Source: Spirogloea muscicola (lineage: Eukaryota). From it: a stretch of DNA of 38,612 nucleotides. Under the pieces are notes generated by a model. The model saw nothing but the letters and a program-made list of their open reading frames with translations. It searched no databases and was not told where the DNA came from. The stretch is taken from positions 732,824-771,435 of the forward strand of contig WELB01000020.1 of NCBI GenBank assembly GCA_009602725.1, in the 5' to 3' direction. The position numbers and the translations under genes were made by a program. This document shows, piece after piece, positions 21,235-31,731 of this stretch (position 1 is its first letter; every line of letters starts with the position of its first letter).

Positions 21235-22380
21235 TGCAGCGGCGTGGCTTCAGGCCCTCCCCATCAATGACGGCCTCACTCTCCCCGATGAGGTATTTCG
21301 CTCTGCCGTCCACCGGCTCCTGGGACTGCCGCCTCCATGTCTCCAGGGTGTGCGTCAGTGTGTATGCGGCGAGCGAGGGGCCGAGTCTAGGGAGCTGGCC
21401 GCTCATGTTCTGCGCTGCGCCCACGGCGGCGAGCGGACAGCGGCCCACGACCGCCTCCGCGATGCGATGCATGGCATCCTGGTGGAGGCTGGCTTCTCGG
21501 TGGCAATGGAGCACTCCGGCGTCATGCCGCTCCAGCAAAGAAAAAGAAGGTGCTCGCCCATTGAGAAGAGGGGCTGGCAAAGCCAACCCAAAAAGAATGG
21601 ACAATGTTCAAAGCCAAAGAAAGAGGTGCTGAAAGAGGACTACACTACAAAGTGCAAGATGGTGCAGAGGGAGATGCAGATGGCTGCTCAGTATCCACGT
21701 GTGAGCAACAGCAGATCAGAGTAACTCGGAGCAGGAGAAGCGGCACTTTGCCGAGACCCGGAAGCAGCAGCCATAGCACGGCCAGCCCGCGCGTGGACCG
21801 CATGAGCCAAAGAGCGCTGCAGCGAGACCGCCAGCCTCATCCGAAAGACCTGCGAGAGGGAGCCGGCAGCATTGAAGCCTGGCGAACCCTGCCGCCGCTC
21901 GATGGCCTCCCGGGCAAGCCGCTGGAGGAGATCCAACCAGCCACTGCCAAAAGGGCCGACGGTCGCCACGCCCGTCGCGTAGACCTGGTGGCCACCCCAA
22001 AGGCCGGTGGGCCCCGTCTTCTCCTGGACGTGGTGACCACCGACGCATACAACCGCTCACAACCAGCCCAATGTGCCACCAAGGCTGGGTATGCGGTCGC
22101 CTGCGCCGCTCGGGCTAAAGAGCTCAAGTACGCCGACCATCCGCGGGAGGACGAGTTCTACCCGTTGGCAATTGACACCCATGGGGCGCTGGGCGTCGGT
22201 GGCTCGAGCTGCTCGCCCGGCTTGCCCGCCACACCATCGCCCGTCGCTTCCATGGGGAGCCGGTAGACTTTCCTGCAGCCGGGTCTCTGGCGCAAGTGTA
22301 CTGTATGCGCCTGGCCGTCTCGCTGCAGAGGTTTATGGCCCGCGCGCTGCACCTTCGTGCCGGCAGAGCCCTCGCTGCTG
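21235..22380 (+). mobile_element. 5'-truncated subfamily A element (zinc knuckle plus RLE), interrupted by subfamily B
   Basis: AAAWLQALPIND...RQCVCGERG..HVLRCAHGGERTAAHDRLR...MPLQQ, resuming at about 21950 with RADGRHARRVDL..KELKYADHP..FYPLAIDTHG..RALAA. Confidence 0.85.
21541..21950 (-). mobile_element. 5'-truncated subfamily B element nested antisense in subfamily A
   Basis: FGSGWLDLLQRLAREAIERRQGSPGFNAAG...LLLTRGY* plus a 3' UTR almost identical to 4284-4621. Tail CTTCTTTTT. Confidence 0.9.
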
Positions 22381-23220
22381 GAAAAGCCAGCCCAAAATAG
22401 AGCCAACGAAGGACGAGAAGGGGGCCAGGGGAAGCGCTAAGAAAAACAAGCACACAGAAGACATAAAACAGCTACGGATCACTCAGTAAGGGAAGTGCTC
22501 GCCCATTGAGAATAGGGGCTAGAAAAGCCAGCCCAAGAAAGAATCAACAAAGGACGAGAAGGGGCCAGGGAAAGCGCTAAGAAAAACAAGCAAACAAAGC
22601 ACACAAGCAAACAAGCATCACTCAGTAACCCCTGCTGAGCAGCCTCGGGTCGGAGACGCTAGGCTCCTGGAAGTGGGTCCCCTGGCCAGAGCCAGAGAAA
22701 GTGCCCGCCCATTGAGAGTAGGGGCCAGAGAGAGGAAGAAAGTGCTCGCCCATTGAGAATAGGGGCTGGAAAAGCCAGCCCAAAAAAGAAAAAACAAAGG
22801 ACGAGACGGAAAGTGCTCGCCCACTGAGAATAGGGGCTGGAACAACCAGCCCGAATAAGAATGAACAGAGTACGAGAAGGGGGCCAGGGGAAGCAGCGAG
22901 GACTCTACCGGCCCGCAGGTGCAGCGCGCGGGCCATCGACCGCTGCAGCGAGACGGCCAAGCGCATCCGGTACACCTGCGCTAGCGACCCGGCTGCAGGA
23001 AAGTCCACCGGCTCCCCATGGAAGCGGCGGGCGATGGCATGGCGGGCGAGCTGGGTGAGCAACTCAAGCCACCGAGGAAGAAAGTGCTCGCCCATTGAGA
23101 ATAGGGGCTGGAACAACCAGCCCGAAAAAGAATGAACAGAGTACGAGAAGGGGGCCAGGGGAAGCGCTAAGTAACAGAAACAAAGCTGCTACGAGACACT
23201 CAGTAACCCCTGCTAAGCAG
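22381..23220 (-). mobile_element. Head-to-tail stack of about six subfamily A 3'-end fragments
   Basis: Termini (GTGCYCGCCC on +) at about 22495, 22700, 22742, 22813 and 23084, plus a truncated one at about 22380. One copy has an internal deletion joining RVLAA to the 3' UTR near 22895. Confidence 0.85.
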
Positions 23221-23223
23221 CGC

Positions 23224-23449
23224 CCCTCGCTGCTGCCTCTGGCTCTGGCCAGGGGACCCACTTCCAGGAGCCTAGCATCTCTAATCTGCGGCTGCTTAGC
23301 AGCAGTTACTGAGTGATTCGTAGCTGCTTTGTTTCTTTGTGTGCTTGTTTTTCTTAGCGCTTTCCCTGGCCCCCTTCTCGTACTTTGTTCATTCTTTTTT
23401 GGGCTGGCTTTTCCAGCCCCTATCCTCAATTGGCGAGCACTTTCTTCTT
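23224..23449 (+). mobile_element. Subfamily A 3' end, head-to-head with 23077-23221
   Basis: LAAASGSGQGTHFQEPSISNLRLLSSSY* plus 3' UTR, hairpin at 23401-23419, terminus GGCGAGCAC-TTTCTTCTT. Confidence 0.85.
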
Positions 23450-23461
23450 GCAGCAGTCGCT

Positions 23462-23543
23462 AGAGCGAGAAAGCGCGCCGTGCGCAGAGGAATACGGCTG
23501 CTGATTTGAAAGAGCGGCTGTAGAAGCCAGCCAGGTGCACACA
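23462..23543 (-). repeat. Subfamily F mini-copy followed by a class II-like terminus
   Basis: Minus strand CTGGCTGGCTTCTACAGCCGCTCTTTCAAATCAGCAGCCG, then GCGCACGGCGCGC-TTTCT. Confidence 0.6.
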
Positions 23544-23739
23544 GATCGGCGTACAAGACTGTATTAGCGGACCCACAGAAACAGCTCTTTCAATGTAAGG
23601 CAATGGCTACGAGAGGCCAAGCCCAAAGTGTACGAAGGTCGGAAATGTACAAGCCAGAGGCTAAAGCAGCCGCAGCAGGGGCTGCGGTTGCAGGGTGGCC
23701 ACTTGCCGAGGAGGCGGAGGCAGAGGGAGGGAGGCGGCC

Positions 23740-26700
23740 ATGGCGAGCCAGTCGCTGCCAGTGGCCGCCGCAGCTCTGCAGGCTCTGCTGCTCCTCCACC
23801 TGCTTGCCGCGGCCAATCCGGCTGCCGCCAAGGAGTGCACCAACATTCCGACACAGCTCGGCTTGCTGGGAGCCAGCGGCGACGGCCATGGCGGGCGCGG
23901 CCGCATGCTCGGCAGCGGCGGCAAGGCGTTCCTGGCGGACGTGCCGCTGGCGGACGTGCGGCTGGCGGCGGGCTCGCCGCAGGCGGTGGCGCAGGCCACC
24001 AACCTGGCGTACCTGCTCCTGCTCGACGTCGACCGCCTGGTGTGGAGCTTCCGGTGCGCCCCACCAGTTGTCCGCGCTTGCTGTGACGGCAGTACAAACG
24101 GCGCAAGTCCAGTAAATAAGGCATTGTCTCAGCAGATTTGGGTACCGTTTGATTTCTACTGCTTTTGTCCGCCTCATAGATGATGTTCGATGCGCCGACA
24201 GGACCACGGCGGGCCTGCCTGCGCCGGGCAGCCCCTACGGCGGCTGGGAAGCCCCTGCCTCGGAGCTGCGTGGCCACTTTGTTGGTGAGTTGCCGAGACG
24301 CCTTTTCCAAGCGGTGTCTCATCTTGCCTCTACAGAGCGAGCATAATTGCTTGGGATGATTCTCTCGCGAGAGGCAGGTATGTTAGGACTCGTGGGTGCT
24401 TCGTCCTCTGTTGAGCACCATTGTGCTGGATGGAAAGCTTGACAGTGCTAGGACGTCGCAAGCATGCTCGGCATACATTCCACTCAACGAGAATGGACGG
24501 GTCTTTCATCCATTTACTCCAATGCCAGACTTACTCACACCATGTCAAGCTGTTCAAGCAAGCACCTGCTATGACCATAGCAGACGTTGATGAATTGGTG
24601 GTTATGTTGGCAGGTCACTACCTCAGTGCAACGGCACTCATGTGGGCGAGCACCAACGCCACAGTGCTCAAACAAAAGATGGAGGCGCTGGTGGCCGCAC
24701 TCAAAGAATGCCAGGACAAAATCGGTACTGGGTACCTCTCCGCCTTTCCCACGGAGTTCTTTGACCGTGTCGAGGCTATCCAGCCCGTCTGGGCACCATA
24801 CTACACCATTCACAAGGTCTGCCTTACCTGCCCATAAGTAAGAGTTCAGGTTGATCAATGGCAGTCGAACAGTCCCCCTTAGTGGGAATTAAATTATCTC
24901 ACTGCGAGTTGCCATGCTGGGAGTGATGGACAGATCATGGCGGGCCTGGTGGACCAGTATGAGCTGGCTGGGAGCGAGCTGGCACTCAGCATGGCAACGC
25001 GCATGGCGGACTACTTCCGTGTGCGCGTGGAGGCCGTCATCGAGCGCTTCACAATCGAGCGCCACTGGCGGTCCCTGAACGAGGAGTTTGGCGGCATGAA
25101 CGATGTCCTCTACCGCCTCTATCACATCACGGTCCTCCCTCTAAACCTTGTGGACTTCCAGCAAGTTTGTCATTGCAATGGTGATCTGACTTCTTTCACC
25201 CACTGCCTGCCCGCTTGCTTGCAACTTCTCTAGCGACTAATGAGTGGGTGTCAGCTGCTTCGACCAGCAGGTTGTAATCAGGTTGCCGCTGGCAGTGCTT
25301 GAGGCCTCTGCCTTGCCTCGTGTGATCTGTAGGAGAATCCAGCATACCTGAAACTGGCCCACCTCTTCGACAAGCCGTGCTTCCTGGGCCCACTAGCGCT
25401 TGAGGTGCAATGCTCTCTCAAGAACAGGCCTGCAGCTGGTGCCGTCCTTCTGGTGCTGTCCTTATGTCCGATAGCTCCTATGCTGGGCAAGCGCAAGATC
25501 ATGGGCATGTTCTGCATGTGGTAATAATTGGATCAAGGCTGACCGAGGCTAAAGCTTGCTTGGTGAGTGGAACACCTGCAAGAAAGTTATGCAACTTGTT
25601 GAGAAACTCATGCACAGTCACTGCGCTGAACATCTTGATGAGGAGGCTGAAAGCATCCTTGCATTATGTCCTTTGTTCAAAGCGCAGGTCGACGAGCTAG
25701 CTGGGTACCACTCAAACACGCACATCCCAATTATAGTTGGAGTACAGCTGCGGTATGAATTGACTGGGGACGAGGTTTACAAGGTAGAGGCCGCTTAGGC
25801 TGAGGCAGGACGATTGTGAAGCAATTGACTGGATCCAGCGCCAGCTTCTGGCGGCTGTATAGTAGATGAGTGCGCTTGCTTCTTGCAAGGGACTTGTGTC
25901 TCAGTATTTTGTTGTCCCTGTTGGGTGGCAGAACATTGCTGAGAACTTCATGCACGCAGTCAACACATCACACCGCTACACAACTGGCGGCACCTCTGCT
26001 TGGGAGTTCTGGCAAGCACTGCCCTTCCCGGTGGTGATACGAGATATAAGTCAGCTCTCTTTGCTTGAAGCTCTAGATGCATGCCACGACTTGGGAAGGA
26101 GGATGCGTGTGCTCACCGATGAGCTTCACTTGCCGTAAACAGGGAGGACCCTCATCGCCTGGGCGACACTCTCCAGCAGGAGGACCAGGAGTCTTGCACA
26201 ACCTATAACATGCTAAAGGTGCCCTGATCGCTGCGGTGCAATCATTCGGTGGCCACGTCCTTCTCTTTGGCCCACCGCTGTCATCCATGTTTACCTTCTC
26301 AAATTATCAGTTTAGTCATCAATTTGATACAATACCCTTTGAGCAAAAATATGCTTCTCTTTTCTGGCACAGTGATGAGTGTCCACATCCACTTCACATG
26401 CAGGTATCTCGCAATTTATTCCGATGGACAAGGGACGCTTCCTTTGCAGAGTATTATGAGAGGAACATTATAAATGGCATCATGGGCACGCAGCGTGGTG
26501 CAGAGCCTGGAAAAATGATTTACATGCTTCCACTAGGAGCCGGCAACTCAAAAGCGAGAGGTTATCATGGCTGGGGCAACCCCTTTGACTCGTTTTGGTG
26601 CTGCTATGGCTCAGGCAGGCTCATGGCACTCGCCCTCTCTCCAGTAATTTTTTCTCATTTGTTTAGCAACCTTCTTATGTCTTGCTTGATACTGTCTGTA

Positions 26701-28810
26701 CTGCTCATATATTTCATCCAACACATCGGCTCAGTGGACTGCACTAGAAACTCTCTTGGTGATCCTGCAGCAAATCGAGGTCGCTCGCCTTGAAAGTTGA
26801 CAAGAGATGACCTCTTGTTGAGCCATGGCCTGGGCAGGAGTTGAGTCGTTCTCCAAATTGGGAGACTCAATATACTTTCAGGGGTCGTTGGATTCACCCA
26901 CGCTTTACGTCATCCAGTTTGTCTCTAGCTCGCTACAATGGCGGCAGGCTGGCTTGAGAGTGGAGCAGACTGTACTGCTTCCAACAGCTACATCTGCTGC
27001 ATATGCAGTCACTCTAAATATATCCAAGCTTGAAGGTAGAGAGGTGAGTAGATACAGCCTGCATGGTTGCATGTTGTTGTGAAAGATGTGGCTTCAGTAG
27101 CTTGATCAGGGTTAGTAGGTACAGTCAATAGTAGGTATACCTGAAGCGCACTGTATGGCCATGCAGCAGACAGCAGGCAACTTGACGGCTGATGTCAATG
27201 TCCGCATTCCTCTGTGGGCCGACTTGGGAACCTCATACGCCCAATTTGATGGTGAGGAGCTGCAGCTCCCATCAGCAGGTATGCTAATCGCAGCCTAAGC
27301 GAGCTGCAACTTATATCCCATCTACTGTCTGTTTTTAAGCCTGAGTTTAGGACCAAATGAGACGCCGCATACTACCTTGAGGCCATTATAGTATTCTCTT
27401 CCTTGTAAGGTAGTGGTGGAGGTCACTCCGTCGCTCAGAAACCTTCTAATGCAGCTGCCTTTCCTAACGTGAGGCTCTTGTTGATGACTTCGCCCATTTG
27501 TTTAAATTGCTGACAGGGAGCTTCCTTAGTGTCCGAAGAGATTGGATTAGCGGAGGGGTTCTCAAGCTCAACATCTCTCTTACAGTTCGCACAGAAGGCA
27601 TTCAAGGTCCTGCGCCTCGCCCACAATCCGGTTGTGACGTCAATGCTTATACTGCTTATGGTCACCTGCAGCATACCTGTTACTGATGCTCATTCACTTG
27701 AATTAAGCATTTTTGTCATCACAGCTAGAAGTGCAATGTTGCAGAGTGGTTGCTAAGTATGGAGTCAGGAGCAAAGCCACACCACTACTGATGACATCTT
27801 TTCATGTAGCTGCAGATGACAGGCCAGCCTTTGCCTCGCTACAGAGCATCCTCTTTGGGCCCTTCCTGTTGGCGGGCCTGACCGACAGCGACCGCCAGCT
27901 AGTCCATCCACTCAAGCTCAGCCCCGTACCTTCGGACGCCAACAGCTATCTGATCTCTCTGGTCACTTACGATGGACGCAGCCACCTCCGAAGGTCTGGC
28001 AGGCACTTGATCAGCAGCCCGGGCACTCCGCTTGAAGGGACTGATGAAGCCGCAGCTGCTACATTCAGGCTCCACTGGGAGATGGAACAACCTCAGCTGC
28101 CGGTCCGAGCCCAAGCTGGCCATCGGAAGCTGCAGTGCCAGCAGGGCCTATACTCGACGCGTCCTGAACTCAGGCGCGCTGACCTTGATCTGGAGGACAG
28201 CGTTAAGGCCAGCCACGCCCGGCTGCTAGGCAGCCTCGTGTCGCTGGAGCTCTTTGACCGGCCCGGCCAATTCGTTGTCCATCAGGGAGCATGGAGGCCA
28301 TTGGTGGTCATGGACCCTGCACGGGCTACGCAGTACCGCAACGACCAGCCGCTGGTTCAGCGGTCGTGGCTGCTGCGGTCTCTCTGGGGCCTTGTGACGT
28401 CCATTAGGCGCAAGAGGGTGGCCCCGCTCCTCATGGCCGGCCCTGCCGCAGTGACGCCAAAGGACCGCACCAAATTTCAGATCGTGACGGGTCTGTCTGG
28501 GTCAGCCACCGTCTCCTTTGCAGTAATTGGCATGCCCGACCATTACCTCTCAGTAGTCGACACCAAGGGGTCACACTCTGGCAGTGCCCATGAGGAGTCA
28601 CACACCGTGCTCGGCCTTCTCGGAGGCCCGCAGGGTGGCCAGAGTGACGAGGCTTTTGCAAATGCGAGCAGCTTCCGACTGTCGGCGGCTCCGTTTGCTA
28701 GTTATCCAGACCAGAGCTTTGTAGTGCAAGGCTCGTACCGGGACTTCTTGCTCTTCCCCATCGCGGACTTTCGAGATGAGAGCTACACCACTTACTTCAA
28801 ATTGCCGTGA
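23740..28810 (+). CDS. Secreted beta-L-arabinofuranosidase-like glycoside hydrolase (GH127/GH146, DUF1680) with C-terminal AbfB-like region
   Basis: Thirteen exons: 23740-24053, 24202-24284, 24614-24816, 24934-25131, 25333-25404, 25688-25783, 25932-26011, 26143-26218, 26404-26614, 26838-27043, 27167-27278, 27517-27606, 27816-28810. Signal peptide then KECTN. Motifs YGGWE..ELRGHFVGHYLSA, WAPYYTIHKIMAGL, LNEEFGGMND, HSNTHIP, TGGTS..EFW, ESCTTYNMLK, FWCCYG.GVESFSKLGDSIYF and FRDESYTTYF. Confidence 0.94.
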
Positions 28811-28934
28811 CGACTCTGAGACCTCAATTGCTGGGTGAACACTTGGGACCACTAAAGGGGAGCGGGAAAATTTTCATTTGGTGTGCCTGCAAGTGTACCT
28901 CTCCTATGACTACTGCAAAATTTCTGCCAACACT

Positions 28935-29240
28935 TGCAGATGTCCTATCTCAGCCATGTGGACACAGTGTTACTCGATCTGCTTCAGCCGCCCTGCTATT
29001 GTGCCAATAGCAAGTAGTCATCAACGACTTTTTTCCATTTGGGCTTTACGCTTGGATCTTCATGCAGGCATGCTCATCATTGTACCACGTGTAGCAAGAT
29101 GTCTTATCTTCGGCTATGTGGACGCACAGTTACCCAACCTGCTTCAGCCCGCCTGCTTGTGAAAGTGCAACGCAAACACTCAATAGCATGTTCTATCTGT
29201 TACGTGGCCTTGGATCTTCAAGGCATGCTCATCATGACCA
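28935..29240. repeat. Degenerate tandem duplication of about 160 bp between convergent 3' ends
   Basis: The blocks AGATGTCYTATCT..ATGTGGAC..CTGCTTCAGCC..CTTGGATCTTCA..AGGCATGCTCATCAT recur in the same order at about 28938-29085 and 29097-29240. Confidence 0.7.
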
Positions 29241-29429
29241 CCGGCTGCATACACGCATGTGTGTTTTGCTTGGTAAGAAAGGCAATGCTCGATTTGAGGG
29301 GATGAGCGATCATTCATCGCCCTTGTATAATGCTCATGCGGCCAAATTAGCCTGCAGCTAAGCTCCTTGGCCGAATTCTAATCGGTTGCCAAGGAGCCGC
29401 TTGTGTGTTGACACACTTCATGGCCACTG

Positions 29430-30649
29430 TCAGGCCCGCACAAGCTCCCTGATGAAGGCCTCCAAGTCTGCAATCTTCCCGTTCTGCACCGAGGCTTCGG
29501 TTGCTGTGACTCTGTTGGCGCACTGGGTGAACTTGAACGCCTCACCCTCGACCCCAAGCTTGACATCCGTCCAAATGTCTGCCTCTGAAATACTGCTCCT
29601 ACTTGTCCTCAACTTGTCTCTGCAAGAAAGACAGGACTACAACTTTCGGCACTTGGTGACAAGACTGATGACTGTCATGATGAAAGACACTACAATACCT
29701 CTAATAAATTGTAAACGTAAGAGTACAAGTGTGCCACGTTAATTCAACAAACAGCTGGAGGCTGGACGAGGGAAGGATCTCACATTTCCTTCTCCAGCTG
29801 CTTGCGGATGAAGTCCACCGAGTAGGCGGTGACCTTGTCCATCTTATTGCAAAGGAGGAGTACAGGTATACGCCTTTTCACAACCACCTTTGTAGTGAGC
29901 AGCTCGTACAAGAACCTGCATGGGTAGCCAGGCCATCAGAGCAAAGAGCTAGCCACCTTGTCCATGTGAAGGCTACCCACAGAACATGCCACAGTTTAGG
30001 ACCGCTGAATCTGAGCAGGAAAATGCTACTGTCAGCAGAAAATGGATTAGAATACATCGGCCTCATGCAAAGCACTGTGGAAATACCGACTTACTCTGCG
30101 TTGTCCCGGATGTGGGGGAGGAAGTCGAGAGCGTCGATGACGAACACCAGGCCCCGCGCGCGCGGCAGGGCCTCCATGACTCTCGGCCGGAGCCGCGGGT
30201 GCCCGGGAACGTCAATAACGTGCACCGGCCGTGCCTTGGGGTTCTACAGGCGCATCGAGTCCCCACCCAGCTCCGATCAGAGCCGGCACAGCTGCATCCC
30301 CGTGTGCCTGCCAGTCCCAGGGCCTCGTCACTAACTCCCTCAGCAGCTCACCTTGGCTAGCTCCGAGTGCAGCGGGAAGCGGCCCTCGTTGGGCTCCATG
30401 GACGTCATGGTGCCCTGGTGCGTCGTCCCGTCCTGCAGCTGCAGGCCAAGACCCACGTCGGCCTCAGTGGCCGCCGGCAATGGCGGCCAGCCTCGCTCGC
30501 TAGCCCAGCCTCGCAGCGGCGGGCCAGAAGGTCCAGCGAGCTGGCCTGGTAGAAGAGGGCGGTCTTGCCGCCGCCGCAGAGGCCCGCCAGCACCACCGTG
30601 TCGGCCTTGGCGCCGCCGCCGCCGCCGCCGCCGAGCAGCCATCGCACGA
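29430..30649 (-). CDS. SRPRB: Signal recognition particle receptor subunit beta (5' exon presumably in the gap)
   Basis: Exons 30649-30546, 30438-30352, 30243-30095, 29915-29784, 29619-29430. P-loop GLCGGGKTALFYQL, HQGTMTSMEPNE, HVIDVPGHPRLR, LVFVIDA, EFLYELL, LLLCNKMD, IRKQLEKEIDKLRTSR and LGVEGEAFKF. Confidence 0.92.
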
Positions 30650-30798
30650 CTGCGGCCAGCGCGCGCCGGGGCTCCAGGCCGCCGTCAGCGCGGGTGCCGG
30701 CCAGGTGACAAGGCCTTGGACGGCCTTCTCATGCCTTTCCCGCGGCGCCGGGGAGCGTCGCCGCGCGGCGCCGGGGCGGGGAGCTGGCGGCGAGAGCG

Positions 30799-31199
30799 NN
30801 NNNNNNNNNNNNNNNNNNNNNNNNNNNNNNNNNNNNNNNNNNNNNNNNNNNNNNNNNNNNNNNNNNNNNNNNNNNNNNNNNNNNNNNNNNNNNNNNNNNN
30901 NNNNNNNNNNNNNNNNNNNNNNNNNNNNNNNNNNNNNNNNNNNNNNNNNNNNNNNNNNNNNNNNNNNNNNNNNNNNNNNNNNNNNNNNNNNNNNNNNNNN
31001 NNNNNNNNNNNNNNNNNNNNNNNNNNNNNNNNNNNNNNNNNNNNNNNNNNNNNNNNNNNNNNNNNNNNNNNNNNNNNNNNNNNNNNNNNNNNNNNNNNNN
31101 NNNNNNNNNNNNNNNNNNNNNNNNNNNNNNNNNNNNNNNNNNNNNNNNNNNNNNNNNNNNNNNNNNNNNNNNNNNNNNNNNNNNNNNNNNNNNNNNNNN
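30799..31199. other. Assembly gap (401 N)
   Basis: Run of N. Confidence 1.
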
Positions 31200-31731
31200 G
31201 TGTGAGCAACAGCAGATCAGAGTAACTCGGAGCAGGAGAAGCGGCACTTTGCCGAGACCCGGAAGCAGCAGCCATAGCACGGCCAGCCCGCGCGTGGACC
31301 GCATGAGCCAAAGAGCGCTGCAGCGAGACCGCCAGCCTCATCCGAAAGACCTGCGAGAGGGAGCCGGCAGCATTGAAGCCTGGCGAACCCTGCCGCCGCT
31401 CGATGGCCTCCCGGGCAAGCCGCTGGAGGAGATCCAACCAGCCACTGCCAAATGCCCCGTGTACGTCAATGGCCAGTGCCGCGAAGGCATCGCCTGGAGG
31501 GTGGTCAGAGTACTTGCGCTCCTTACTCCGAGCCGCCAGAGCGACCGCGTGCCCGACAAGCGTCGCGGACCTTGCGGGGTTGGCCGAATCAACGCAATCG
31601 GCAGTTACCACATCCGCGATGATGCGCGGACCTCCTCCGGGCGGGATGGCAACGAGGTCCGCGCGGCGGGTGTGAAGCTGTCCGTCGGCGCCCCGCAGGA
31701 TGGGCATTATCGTGGAGTTCTCCACTGCCAC
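31200..31731 (-). mobile_element. Subfamily B element, RLE domain (3' end in the gap)
   Basis: Open frame VAVENSTIMP..TRRADLVAIPPGGGPRIIADVVT..KERKYSDHP..FAALAIDVHGAFG..RLAVSLQRS..SDLLLLT. 31200-31450 matches 21700-21950. Confidence 0.9.

Noticed and set aside
30353..31731. Long ORFs spanning the N gap
   Set aside because: They are artificially extended through unknown bases. The two sides belong to SRPRB and a retroelement.
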